Assembly: GCA_013115125.1 (NCBI GenBank) | Contig: JABANN010000213.1 | Location: 1-52,640, forward strand | Direction of reading: 5' to 3' | DNA length: 52,640 nt | Source of the DNA: Perkinsus olseni | Lineage: Eukaryota | Part shown: piece after piece, positions 10,545-23,218 of the stretch | Layout: each line of letters starts with the position of its first letter | Position numbering within the stretch: position 1 is the stretch's first letter | Made by a program: the position numbers and the translations under genes | The notes under the pieces: generated by a model | Told to the model about the DNA's origin: nothing | Database searches by the model: none | Seen by the model: only the letters and a program-made list of their open reading frames with translations

Positions 10545-12126
10545 CTACATCACCACCTCCGCGTCTCGACGATCGATATTCGTTTTGAGAGGGGGGAGCT
10601 AATGAGAGAGTCGTCGAGCCATACCATCCTTCGAACACCTCCCAAATTACATATTTCATTTCCTCGGGCATATCCTCTTGTATCCTCCTCCTAATGTACA
10701 TGTAAAATGCATTATTAGGATCCCTCATCCTCTCCTGGTAGCAAGGCTTCTTTACTATCTCTACTGCTGATCGTACCTGAAACTCATCGCCAACTGCGAT
10801 ACCGATGCCGTAAAAACGGCAACCAGGGATCGAACCTGGGTCCTGACTACCTTTTCTATTACGAGGAAACAGAAGTTCCTCGCGACGAGATCTATCAACC
10901 AGTCTGGCACAAAGGATAGGTGAGGATCGAGATGCACTATACACTGCATAAACCTGAGTAGTAGTTTTCGATTCATCGTAAGAAGGACAGCAGCAGCAGC
11001 AGCCCGCCGTACGTCGTTCCGTTGCTGCATGGTGTCAAGACAAGACCGCTATTGTTTAGGATATCGCACGGCACAGAAGCCTCCTCCAGCTGAGGCATAT
11101 CCGATGCTGATACGTAGGGCTCGTAAGAGGACCCCGCCTGATGTAGGGGAGATGGGCGCAAGTGATAGAGAGCAGATTCACCTCCGATTCGAGAAGGATA
11201 ACTATTTGCCGAGGGTCATCGCAAGCGCCCATACAGTCAATACCATCTGACAAGTGTGAGTACCGATAACGAATACACCGAAATGTGGTATCACCAACAG
11301 AGAAGACAGACTCCCTATTCTCAAAAGGCCATGGCACAGTAGCCTTCATGTGTACTAGCATCTGGGTTGGCGTTGGATTGGCAATCTGAAACCCCCATCA
11401 TTCCGGCCATTGTCGTGCATCGGCTGACCTTAATCGATTTAGTAAGGCCCAGGAACCTCAGACTAGGTAGCCACTGCGTGTAGAATCCAACTTCATTGAG
11501 TAGCGCTAGAAGGTCGAACATAGGGGAGTCTATGGTGCCCTCTACCCGAAGGGAGTGTATCTGACCAAGAGGGGGGCCTAAGGAAGGCATCATATCACAG
11601 CTACTACACTTGGCGATTCCCCATTATGTTGGTATAGGGTTCTTATACCATTAGAGCACCTCTGCAACTCCCATCCATCGTCAGTTCTCAACTCACCTTA
11701 CACAAAGAGTACTATCCCTACCACTCTATCCGCAACTACTCCGAAGACGCTCCATCCGTTGCCATCGTGTCCGTGTCCGCTCGATAAGTTGAAAATTCTC
11801 CATGTATCGCGCATGGAGGCCATCAGGTAGCTTTCCACCAGCCCAATTCGACTCGATTCGTGCAAGCCTCCGGCCTGAGGAGATCTGGTGGATGCAATGC
11901 CGATGAGCGTTAGGACCTTACCAGCCCTTGCAATCCTATCAGCATTGATATCTTCAAGGAGACTGTCGAACTCAGCATAGACGTCATGGTCCAACTCAAG
12001 ATCCTCATCCCCCATGATGCTGCTACATGCTGTTACGAAGCTAGCCTCTGATGGTATAGAGGGACAAGACGAAGGAGACGTCGTTGTCGATGACCTCGTA
12101 TCTTCGGTAGGAGGCGCCAGACCCAT
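10545..12126 (-). CDS. START/SRPBCC lipid-binding domain protein, tandem paralogue 1
   Basis: GWELQ..., SLRVEGTIDSPMFDLLALLNEVGFYTQWLPS, VPWPFENRE, DPHLSFVPDWLIDLV are START-domain hallmarks. Multi-exon; ends MKYLPPLK...VVM*. Confidence 0.8.
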
Positions 12127-12363
12127 ACTAGCCTGCAATAGGGAAAAACTGACGAACACTGAGGACTCCCGAACTGATACGACTATCCGCAACTCTACAA
12201 CCGGTTGAAGGAAATATTATCCCAACTGAAAAGTCGAAGAAGTTGGCAGCAGCAGCGGCAGCTCCATAGAAAGGATAGGAGCGCATTATAAAGCAGGAAG
12301 GACTCGAGGCTGCTGTAAATAACATTAATGTACTCCAAAGGTGAGAAGTGAACTTCCCTAGTC

Positions 12364-14078
12364 TCAGTCTTTAACAACATGAAGTGGTGGTACCTAGAGG
12401 AACCATGCATCTCATAGGGCATTACGGATATGCAAGAGCAGAGGCCTTGAAGTTTTCCAGCTGCAGAGAACAGGTCCGAGTACGACGTGCAATCCCGCCT
12501 GGTCGAACAGAGGCTCCACAAAGGCCGCCGCCGCCGCCGCCCTCAGCGGAGTAACTTCGTCTACATATTTCATTTCCTCGGGCATATCCTCTTCTATCCT
12601 TCTCCTTGTGTACATGTAAAATGCATTATTAGGATCCCTCATCCTCTCCTGGTAGCAGGGCTTCTTCACTATCTCTACTGCTGATCGTACCTATCGCGGA
12701 CCTCGCAAGAACGATGAGACTCCACGACTAACCTGGGTCAACATCAGGTAGCAGAAATTCCGAGCTGCTATGTCTATGAGCCAGTCGGGTACGAAGCAAA
12801 TGTGGGGATCAATATGCATCACGACTTGCAAAAACCTGAGGTTGAGAAGATGTCTTCAACGCCAGTCACCCTGGGTGAGTGGGTGAGTCACCCGCCATTA
12901 CGTTTTTCCATCTCCCAAAGGGGTCAGCGTTGCTCCACTGTCTCCCAAAACATCACAGGCAGTGGACCCTCCAGCAGGACCAGGCATCTCGGATGCTGAT
13001 ACGTAGGGCTCGTAAGAGGACCCCGACTGAGAATGGGTTGGTATGAATATCCCACTGAGTTGGTATAAGATTCCCCGACAGAAGAGAGACGGCGGGTGAA
13101 TGCTCCTCCCATCACTGCCACATCAAGAAGGCTTCCTCCATTACCTCAGACTTGAGTAAGATAACGATCTGGCGAGGGTCCTCGTAGGGTCCAATACAGT
13201 CTATACCGTCTGATTTCAATATACTCATCCATGATGATTAGACAAAGATACTACCAACTGATATAACGAGATCTCTGTTGTCAAATGGCCATGGTAGAGC
13301 TGCTACGATGTGTAACAGCATTTGCGTAGCCTTCGGGGCCGCCACCTAGCACGAGCACTCGATAGGATAATGCCACTCAAGCGGCTATTATCCTTACTTT
13401 TTTTGATTCTCTGATGCCAAGGAACTTATAACTGGGTATCCAATCTTTGTAGAAGTCCACTTCACTGAGCAAGGCCATAAGGTCGAATAAAGGGCAATCG
13501 ATAACCCCTTCGATACGAAGAGAATGCAGCTAAGAAGGGTACCGTGACGTGGTATTGTACAGTAGCTGCCTACATTAGGTGTATCCGTATTATGCTTGTA
13601 GTAGGTCTTTATACCCTTACTATCCCTCTGTAACTGCCATCCATCGTCATTGGTAAGCGCAACTGCATGGTAACTCCAGTGGTGATAGTCAACTGCCATA
13701 CTCAAGAAGGTAGGTTATTACTTCTAACCTTCTTCACTCGTGTGGCTCTCTCTTCCATCGAACTTATAGCCTCCGAGTTAGCATCCATTCTAGCCAAAAG
13801 ATCATGCGGTAGCAGGCCCTTGCATGTGGACCGGATATGTGCCAACCGTCTCCCTACACCCAACTAGCTCCATCGCTACTACCACAGCATACCGTGTTCG
13901 TACCAGCCTTGGCTACTCTGTCCTCTGCTATATCCCGCAGGAGCTTCTCCACTTCAACGTATAAATCATTTGTGAATTCCTCCTCCTCCTCGTCGCTTGG
14001 CAAGGAGCTCCATGCTGTAGTAAAACTAGCGTCTGAGACATCACTCTCGATGGAATCCGATCGACGGCATGATGTCAT
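12364..14078 (-). CDS. START/SRPBCC lipid-binding domain protein, tandem paralogue 2
   Basis: DGWQLQRDSKGIKTYYKH, LPWPFDNRD, DPHICFVPDWLID; exon layout similar to its neighbours; ends MKYVPPLHVVKD*. Confidence 0.8.
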
Positions 14079-14293
14079 AGAGACGAAAGGAAACAAGCTT
14101 TGAAGAGGGTGTTTCCTACACTGAACGTTCATGATCATCATCCCCGTGGTGCCCAGCCAGTAGGCGGTATTGTTAGCTACTGTTACACACAACAGACCGA
14201 TCCTGCAGGGAGTCAAGGAGGCCATAAGGGCAATAGTATGAGACAAACACGTTAAGGGTAGGAGCTGGAAGCGTACTGAGGCAGTCATGGCCT

Positions 14294-15838
14294 TCAACCA
14301 TCGACAGGAGGTATCTACAAGGTGAAGGTAGTGATGATTATGAGAAATGGTCAACCGTAACATCAGACCAAGCTGAGTTATCCTGGCTTATCGCCCTAGA
14401 GTATACCAAATTACATATTTCATTTCCTCGGGCATATCCTCTTCTATCCTCATCCTAATGTACATGTAAAATGCATTGTTAGGGTCCCTCATCCTCTCCT
14501 GGTAGCAGGGCTTCTTCACTATCTCCACTGCTGATCGTACCTGAAACAACACCATCACTGGTGTGAAGGGTAGGAGGACTGGCTGCTCACCCTAGCCAAT
14601 ATCATATAGCACATGTTCCGCACTACCAAGTCCAGCAGCCATGCTGGTATGTAGGAAATATGAGGATCCAAATGCTCCACCATCTGGACGAACCTGAAGG
14701 AGGAGGAGGCCCTGTACTAAATGTAGCATCAGTTAGTGGTTACTACGTTCGACCATCCTCACAGGGTGTCAGTACAATCCCACTTGGTTCGAGTATATCA
14801 CAAACCACAACCCCTCGATCGGGCACTGGCATGTCCTCCTCCTTAACCAGAGGCTCATATGACATACCAGACTGAGAGGTAGGAGTAACCGAGGGACCTA
14901 GTGTGAGTACGGCTGAGCTCACCTCTGATTTCAATAGAATGATCAACTGCCTCGGGTCTTCATACTTCCCTATACAATCGATAGCATCTAAGAGGATACC
15001 ATCATCATACCTACACTGTACGTCGGGTATTACCAACAGAGAATAGACACTCCCTATTAGCGATTGGCCATGGTACTGCTACTTTTAGATGATTCAGCAT
15101 TTGAGTGGGTCTTGGATTCACAACCTACCACGACAACCCCCACACATGTACACCCCTTGGACGGCATAATAATAGGATACGGCAAACCCTAACCCCTTGC
15201 TGACTACCTTTTCGGCCATAGTAAGTCCAAGATACCTGTAACTAGGTATCCATTCCGGGTAAAACTCAACCTCATTAAGGAGAGCTAGTAGATCAAAAAC
15301 AGGGCAATCTACCATACCCTCAATTCTAAGACAGTGTATCTAATGGCAGACCACGGCATATAACAATTAAGGTTCATTTACTACATGTGGCGTGTTAGGA
15401 TCATGCTTATACATGGTTTTGATACCATCAGAGTCCCTCTGGAGCTCCCATCCCTCAGTCGTCCTCAGTGCACCTATTACCATCTATCCCACTCATCGTC
15501 TTTAATGATACCATCTTTACTTCTAACATTTTCCATCCTATTAAGCCTGTCCTTAGTAGCACTGATGACTGCATTGTGCTCTGTGAACATGTTCAACAGA
15601 ACACCATCCCATTTGTGGCGATTGGATTCCAAATAATCCAACCTCCGACCTAAAGATCCCTCATGACTACAGAGCCCTCGACCCTCCCAATACCAGCTTT
15701 CCCTATTTTGTCCATCTCAATATCCTCCATCATACTCTTGAACTCCACTGTGAGATCTTCATGGTTATTGAACTCAGTGCTGCTGCCAACCTCAGCAGCG
15801 GTAGGAGATGATGACGACCATTGATCAGAAGATACCAT
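14294..15838 (-). CDS. START/SRPBCC lipid-binding domain protein, tandem paralogue 3
   Basis: EGWELQRDSDGIKTMYKH, MVDCPVFDLLALLNEVEFYPEWIPS, VPWPIANRE, DPHISYIPAWLLDLV; ends MKYIPPVDG*. Confidence 0.8.
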
Positions 15839-16205
15839 CTTAGCCACTACTCAATATAGCAGTCCTTCCCACACGCATCGCAAGCACGGATTATGCTCTG
15901 GAATGCTCATTGACGAAAAGCCGCAATAATTTCTCGCTTCGCTCCGCTGCAAAATGCAGTTTGCTCTTCGGACGAGGTTAGATGATGCTGGAATTGATTT
16001 TTACACTTTAGATAGGTTTCCAGAATCGATCTCGATTCAGATTTGGCTTACTAAGCATCCTTTCAGCTAGTAGTCATTGAATCGGGGCGTCCAAGACTTT
16101 GGACTATGTTTAGCCGTAATGGCTGAGCTGTTACGTTCGTCAGTTTGTATTCACCTAGTATGACGGATTCATCGACATCACCGTCTGTGAGGATGCCACC
16201 TGGTT

Positions 16206-18141
16206 ATGGCAATCCTCGTTCTACCGCAGGAGGTGGAGGGACTGCTGTACTAGTAGCAGCTGAATGATGGGGTTCAATAACCCGTCCGTTTCAGATTGGT
16301 GACCCAAGTGAAGCCAGCAGACTGCTGGATGGGTGCCATCAGATAATGGTTGCTATGTCCAGTCCCGCTATATTCGAGAATACTAAGGAGAGGGCATTTC
16401 AGGTATTAGGACAGCTAAGGAGGTGTCAGAAAGTATCTAATGGATCCCTATGGCCAGACCTTTCGTCGAGGATGTCTTGATCTGAAGAAGGATATATCGG
16501 CTACTGAGGGGCTTGAAAGCACTAAGATAGATGGTAGTGGGCAGGGTATCTTGGGGGAGTATCAACTGATGATATCAGATTGGATGATTGAGAACTGTTG
16601 GCTATTCCTGTTTGAGTTGGCCAAAGCAAGGCTGAGGAGGAAGCATATATTGGAGTGCATGGAGATACTATGCACAAGTGACCGGTGGAAAAGTGTACTA
16701 CACCTTTACTGTTCTGTCTGACTATTATATCCTCCTCATAGATGCTCGACGACAATGATAGGGTTCGTGCAAAGATGGCTGAGTTGGATGATACCTTCAT
16801 ACACTCCTTGGTCTCGGAGTTCCATGTCAAACCTTTCCCACCAAAACCAGCTCCTGCCAAGCCGAAGCGTGAGCATTCAGTCCTCCTATTCGGCCCGTTC
16901 CACTACCGTCTTCTCAGCCACGAGTAGCTTCCTTAATAGACGTAATAGGAGCAATAATCGTCAGACGAGTGGAAATCGAGACAAGTGGGAGACGGGGTCA
17001 GCCACAGGTAGGGTTCACTGAGGGTAGAAAACACTAGGGATGCTGATACTGCTTCAGTGAAGACTACAGCGAGTAAAGCGAGCACCCCTTCGCTACAGCG
17101 CGGCAGGAGTGCTAGCCTGGGAGCGTTAGATGTAGTAAGGTCTACTCCTCTACCGCCATACGCCATGATGAAGCAGTATGCTCTCCTGCTCAGGTGAGTG
17201 ATTCTAATCAGGCAGAGTCCAGGGAGGGTAGGTCGGCAAGGGTTGCTCTCTACTTTATGGATGAGCATAACCACAGGTAGTGTGAAGAACCCGTTATCGC
17301 CTAGTGGTAGACCCGATGCTGCTGCATCCTCCCATGGGTCTTGGTCTATAGAGGAGGTCGAGGAAGGAGATCTCGCTAACCAAGGTAGTATCATACTTGG
17401 TAGGGTGGGTGGTAGGTATCCCAGCAGATAGCCAACCTGTAACGCCGCCCTCGCCTGTCCGAGAGAAACCCACTTTATCGCACAAGACGTCAGTTGTTAT
17501 AATAGACAAGTCTAGGAGGGGCAGTGGGGCCTCGTCGAAGCACAGTACGACAGGAGGGTCGCCTACAGTAGCGGATGACCATCCAAAACTTGATACCAAC
17601 CCATTCCGGAATCCTAAGCTATTCGAGGATTCATCTGAGGGTATTACTGATGATGATACAGTCAGTGTCGATGAATGGTGGAAGAATCCAGCTCCAGCCC
17701 TATCTAAGGAGGTCATCAATGATGGTAGTACACCAAGTAAGGGTAGTAAATTCAAAAGTCCTCGTTTCAGGGAGAACGGCAGGTAAAGGAGATGCCGATG
17801 CATCAGCTGAGGAGGTGGAGATGTTACAAAAACAACAGGAGATGATACTTGACCAGCAGCAGCAGTTAATAAAGGCCATACAGTTACTCACCTTGGATCA
17901 AGGAGCATCATCATCATCAGCATCGCCGTCATCATTGCAGGGATATAACAATAATAATCAGGTCATAGGAGGGGACCTGCGGTTACACTAGGGATCATCG
18001 ACCTGCCTATGATACTCAACAACACTTTGCCTGACTATCGGTCAAAGTTAGTGGATGGTGGGATATGGATCTTACTGTCTTTCAGATGTACCGATAGGTT
18101 CCTATGATCTCATCTGCCGTCCTCAGCAGCAGCAGCGATGA
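16206..18141 (+). CDS. Hypothetical multi-exon protein (helical N-terminus, Ser/Pro-rich middle, short coiled coil)
   Basis: Chain of spliceable exons (MAILVLPQE|IGDPSEASRLLDG..., LISDWMIENCWLFLFELAKARL..., EVEMLQKQQEMILDQQQQLIKAIQ). No family recognised; both ends uncertain. Confidence 0.5.
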
Positions 18142-18257
18142 GAGTCTTCTCACAGTTTTTACATTTGCTTTCTACGACTGAGCCTTAGAGTTGGTTAATA
18201 CAAGGTGGTCGACTATGTTGTAGTAGGAGTCTTTGTATTATTATTCCGTTATAAATA

Positions 18258-21200
18258 ATGCACACCACCAGTAGTGGCCTATCGACAGGTGGAGGCAGCA
18301 GCACTCTGGTCCCTCCCCCTAACAACAACAACAACAACCCCAGTACATCTCACCCTTTCATATCACCAGCAGCCTGCATACGTACAGAGAGGCTCTACAG
18401 AGTTATCTGTCGAAGACTGGGCCACAGGGACATCGACCATGCCATAGCCAGGGACCTTAGGGCTAATGGTGCACTGGTGGTCGATCTGGATCTTGCCAAT
18501 AGAGACATACTACAGTCTATAGTTGGACTGTTGAAGGAGGCACCCACGATATATCAACTGTTATTATATTCTGGTACCTACTTTTTCGGACATCAGCCGG
18601 CTTATAAGGACCAAGTCAAGAGCCTAAGGCGGCGATTGAAGTAGTAGTAGAGGGGATGGGGCATAAAGGTGATGGTACTGATGGTCAGATACACGCTGCT
18701 GACTGAGACTGATCTGGTGCGGCAATTAGTCCAGTCGGTGTCGACGTATTTGCAATCGAGTAAAATGATGAATAATGTATTGGTCATAGACCTTACTGGG
18801 GTCCCCTTGAAACCTATATCATCATCATCATCAAGGAACGCCGCGCCTGCTGCAGGCCTATCAGGCGTCCTACGTACAGCTGTATGGAAGAGTAGCGGCC
18901 CGCTAGAGGACCTTATACAGGGCTTAAAGTGCTGTAGGAGGTTACAGAGACTATCTCTTGCTAATTGCCAATTCACTGATACTGGATTACAACTACTCGC
19001 CCCAATCGTAGGGAAGGAACTCCCTCGACTGACAAGTCTAGGCCTAGCTAGGAACAGGTTGATGCGACCGGCTAGGGCGCTCCGGAATATGTTGAACTTA
19101 CGTAACGCCTTGGTGGTTACTAAGAAGGTGACCCCGATATCTACCCTGGATCTGGGGAAGAACCCTTTGGGTTGTGCTGTGCTACCTGATTTCAATAGAC
19201 TAGAGACAGCTCTAGTGGGATGGTGTGCACTCGGTGATATCGACCCCCAGCCACGAGGATTGACCACCTTGATATTGAATGGATGTCGCCTTGAAAGGGT
19301 TGATGGTATAATAAAGGCATTGCAGCAGACGATAGAGCGTGGGAAGGAGAAGGAGAATGGTGAGGGCCTGCTGGGGGTGTGTGGCAGTGACACCCTCACA
19401 GGCTCCCCCTCTTTCGTTCTGCCTCGGATAAGGGATATCAATATCAACAACAATCCGTCCTTGCCTGAGGTGATGGTGGCTGGCTATAGAATTCGGTAGG
19501 TATCGATGGTAGGGCACTCAAGCGTTACTGACCACCCTACTCGCTGATCTGGCTGAACTCAGAGGGGACGCCGTAGTGGATCAAGCCCGACTGGGGTTGC
19601 CCAAGTAGTAATGGGCATTTGAAGGATTGATTTATAGATGGATGCTAGGGCTGATACTACCACTATAAGGCGACTGGATCACCTCACGCTGCGAACCCCA
19701 TTGAGGAAGAGTAATGGCAGAAAGGGTACATCAGGCAGCAGCACTAAGAGTGAACCCGATACGGACGGCCGGGCTGTTGATGATGCCAGATTGGCAGCTT
19801 TACAAGAGTACTCTACTCCTATGTGTGACTGCTGTAGTGGTTCCTATAGTACTACCAGATACTTTCCTGTAGTGAGGGATGCTATAAGTGAAGGAGACCC
19901 TCATGATGTCGATGAAGGTTAGTGGGGTGATTTACTAACCATTCTAGTGGTGTGGTAGGGAGTATGGTGGAGTCACAGAGTAGTGCTGCTCTGAGATCGG
20001 AATACATGCAAGATCTCCATACACTAGTCCAACGCATCAATAACAAGTAGTATCCTCATTCACAGCTATCCTATCTTATTCATTCGAAGATACCCGATTC
20101 GACCTAAGTCGGATGTCATTTCCGACTTGAAGGCTTCTAGTGGAGAGGAGAGTCCAACTACCCTTCCTGCAGATCAAACACCACAGTACAGCCCTAGCGT
20201 CAGGGACGGCTTACCTCGAGATATTATGAATGCAAGCTGTGAGGAGGGCAACTCTCTCAGGGCGGGGAAGAGTCATTATCATCATCCACAGTCCATTGGG
20301 GTATTCAGCATAGTGAATGACAGTGCATCAACGGATCTAGTAGTGATGGAGGACGAGGAGACGACGCCGATACCCGTGGCAACGACAAAAACATCACAAG
20401 CAGCAGCAGCAACGGGTGTTGTAGCAGAAGATGATTCGGTTGTAGTAGTAGCTAAGCCAGGGTCGCCAAGTATTGGTACAATATCATGATAACAGTAATA
20501 ATTAGATACATTTCCAACCCATACCCTTGGCGTCTTGTCGAGTTGTGGTAAGGGAAGCAATTCGTCTCACTGTATAGCATCAGTATGGCCTCCTCCGCCC
20601 CTACTTCGACGATCGATACGTCTAACCTCACTTCCTCGGTAGATGACGGGGAGTCTGATCTTGTAACACCAAAGGGAAGTAGTGGTACTGCTCCGGAGGG
20701 GTCACCAACTAGAAGGCCATTATTATGGTCGCCATCAGCAGTATGGCCATGGACGGTGAGTAGGGAGGAGGTAGCTGTAATGGACAACATGGCCCTCTCA
20801 GGCTGCCTCGTTCAATGCTGCATCATTCCGGTCGCCACCACCACCACCACTGTATAGTAGTAGTGATGAGGATGAGAATAGTAGTAACAGTAGCACTAGC
20901 CCCCCCTCTTCATCATCATCGCGAAGGAGGGTTCATTATCACGCTAGAAGGGGGCTACATGATAAGGGAGGGGGAGCAACACCTTCACCTCATACTCGTC
21001 TATTACTGAGAGATGCTCGGGATAGGGTAAGACGACCAGTCCCCTCTGCTGGATGAGGGCTGATAGCAGCCTCAGATAACTACTGATTATATGCTACTCC
21101 TTCGAGCTTCGGAGAATGGTGGTTCCCTCCCTCCGCTGGTCCTGAGTTCTGGTCTATCACGTCATCCAGTAGTGAAGACAGCAAGGTCGTGGCGAGTAGA

Positions 21201-22820
21201 GGCGCAACACGACACGGCTGTCCAGAAGACACTAGATCGTATGCGGATACGACAGGCGGAGTTTCATAGGAAGTTGGAAGCAGCAATAACCACTAGGGCA
21301 GAACAGCAGAGGCCAGACCGCACCTGTGAGAAGTTACATAACCTTTTGCGGCAACTACAGGGGCTTAGTGATAAGGTGGAGGAGGCGAGCGCGATGATTG
21401 AACAGAGATGGAGGGGTCGTATTGCTTGGCAGAGGCAGAAGAGGGTGGATGCTGCGATAGCTAAGGCCGCTAGAAAACGTAAATTGGCATTTCAGAAGGG
21501 CGGTATACTTAACCGTAACGACAGTCTATTGGAGAGTGTAAGGGAAGAAGATGGAGGAAGAGGAGAAGGGGATTATCATCTCACTGAGGACGGCAGCAGC
21601 AATACTGTTGAAGTTGTGTTTGGGAGGGAGATATCGGAGGACCTAGCGCAGGCAGAGTCCTTACTAGCTCTATCAGGTAGTAACAGCCGTAACAGTAGCT
21701 GTGCATCCTACGTGCTACTCAGAGGACCACTGGAGCTTCTTCGAACAGTATCTTCTACTCGATATTGATCTTATGCCCAGAGGGGATGTCAAGAGGAAGG
21801 TAGGGCAACAACAACAATGGGGGTATCAGCAGCACATTCTTTAGAGAACCATTCTTGCCCGATCTCTGATGGACCTGCATAGACGAGCTATAGTCGATAT
21901 ACAGAAGCTGGGGGGTTGTAGCGAAGCGTTGTTGATGCTGATTGAGGAGGAATTATCCCTTACCCCCACAGAGGAAGGGGTACAGGAGAAGGAAGACATG
22001 GCCGAGTACTATGATGAAGGTCCAAGGAGGGGCTCTTCCGTTCTAATAACGCTCACTGGTCCTCTCTGTCGTAGAGCATCAAGTACTTGCTAAGTACGGC
22101 GAAGTCCTCGGCCTGGCGGCTCAGCGTATGCATGTACTCCTATGTACTATGAAGGCCTTAACGTGGGAAAGGGGACTACGACGACAGGATAGCAATACTA
22201 GAAGGTATCGTCAACGGCCGCCGCTGTCAACTGTAGGGGTTGTGCACAGGCAAATGCTGTCACCATTTGAAGAAGAGATGAATCAATGGTTTGATTCGGA
22301 GTTGGATATAGCAAAACTATCAGCACAGGAGTACTCAAATCTCTGCATCAATCATGTACTACCATCAATACCGCAACACCTTCACCCCACCCTCCTTCAG
22401 ATACGTGATTTGCTATCATCTGTCGATGCGCACAGGAAGCCGTCAGCTCTCCTTGCCGAGGTGGAAGCAGCAGCTGAGGCCTATCGTCAGCGCCTTGCCG
22501 CCCTGTCGGAGTTCTTGAAGTATCCAGAAGCCCCCGTAGGGGAGGAGGGCCTTCCCGTCTTGTGGCTCCTCCATGAACTCGAACAGTTCCGTCGTAATAG
22601 CTCAACACAAACACGCCTGCATCTGGGAGAGGACATCAGCAGAGCGTGCGCACTGGTACGGTTGATACTTCTAGCGAGGCCCTCTGGTGAGTACTACGAG
22701 GAGTCTTCAAGTAAGATGAAGGGCACGCCGAGCTCTATTGATGATAAGACACATGGTGGCAGTATTATAGACGACAACAACAAGGAGAACACACCATTAC
22801 TTAATACTATCAATAACTAG
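18258..22820 (+). CDS. RNI-like LRR protein with a low-complexity linker and C-terminal coiled-coil/helical region
   Basis: LRRs LQRLSLANCQFTDTGLQLL, LTSLGLARNRL, ISTLDLGKNPLG and LTTLILNGCRL in 18669-19499; coiled coil in 21091-21768; terminal exon ends at 22820. It could be two genes. Confidence 0.6.
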
Positions 22821-23218
22821 CAAGGGCTCACCGTTGTCTTCTACTTACATGCGTTCTCCGGGTGGTGATACTACTGGATACCGGCTGCCTCTGATCGTAA
22901 TTAATGATCCCATTTATCATAACCACGTTCATGAACGGTACATTCTGTGAGTTGACTGAATAGTAGTAGTAGCATTCCTAGTAGAGAGGATGATATCCTT
23001 ATCATCGTAATTTGGAGTCGTAGTACTTGTTCTTAGTAGTGGTACTACTACTACTGGTGAATACCCTCTGGACGTGTATGCATGGCGTATCATATCCGTC
23101 AACAAAAGTGACGGCACCCATCATCATACGGATCTTGTGTTATCGAATGATGCTCAATCTAAGCGACCGCCTTCTTCTTGCAGTTCTGCCGGTAGGACTG
23201 TTCGCCGGTTCTGTCGGT

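Noticed and set aside
10651..14540. Three spaced direct repeats considered as CRISPR, LTR or transposon ends
   Set aside because: They are the same coding exon of three paralogous genes, bounded by splice sites.
16111..16127. TAGCCGTAATGGCTGAG, loosely like a relic spliced leader (…TAGCCATCTTGGCTCAAG)
   Set aside because: Too many mismatches over a short length to distinguish from chance.
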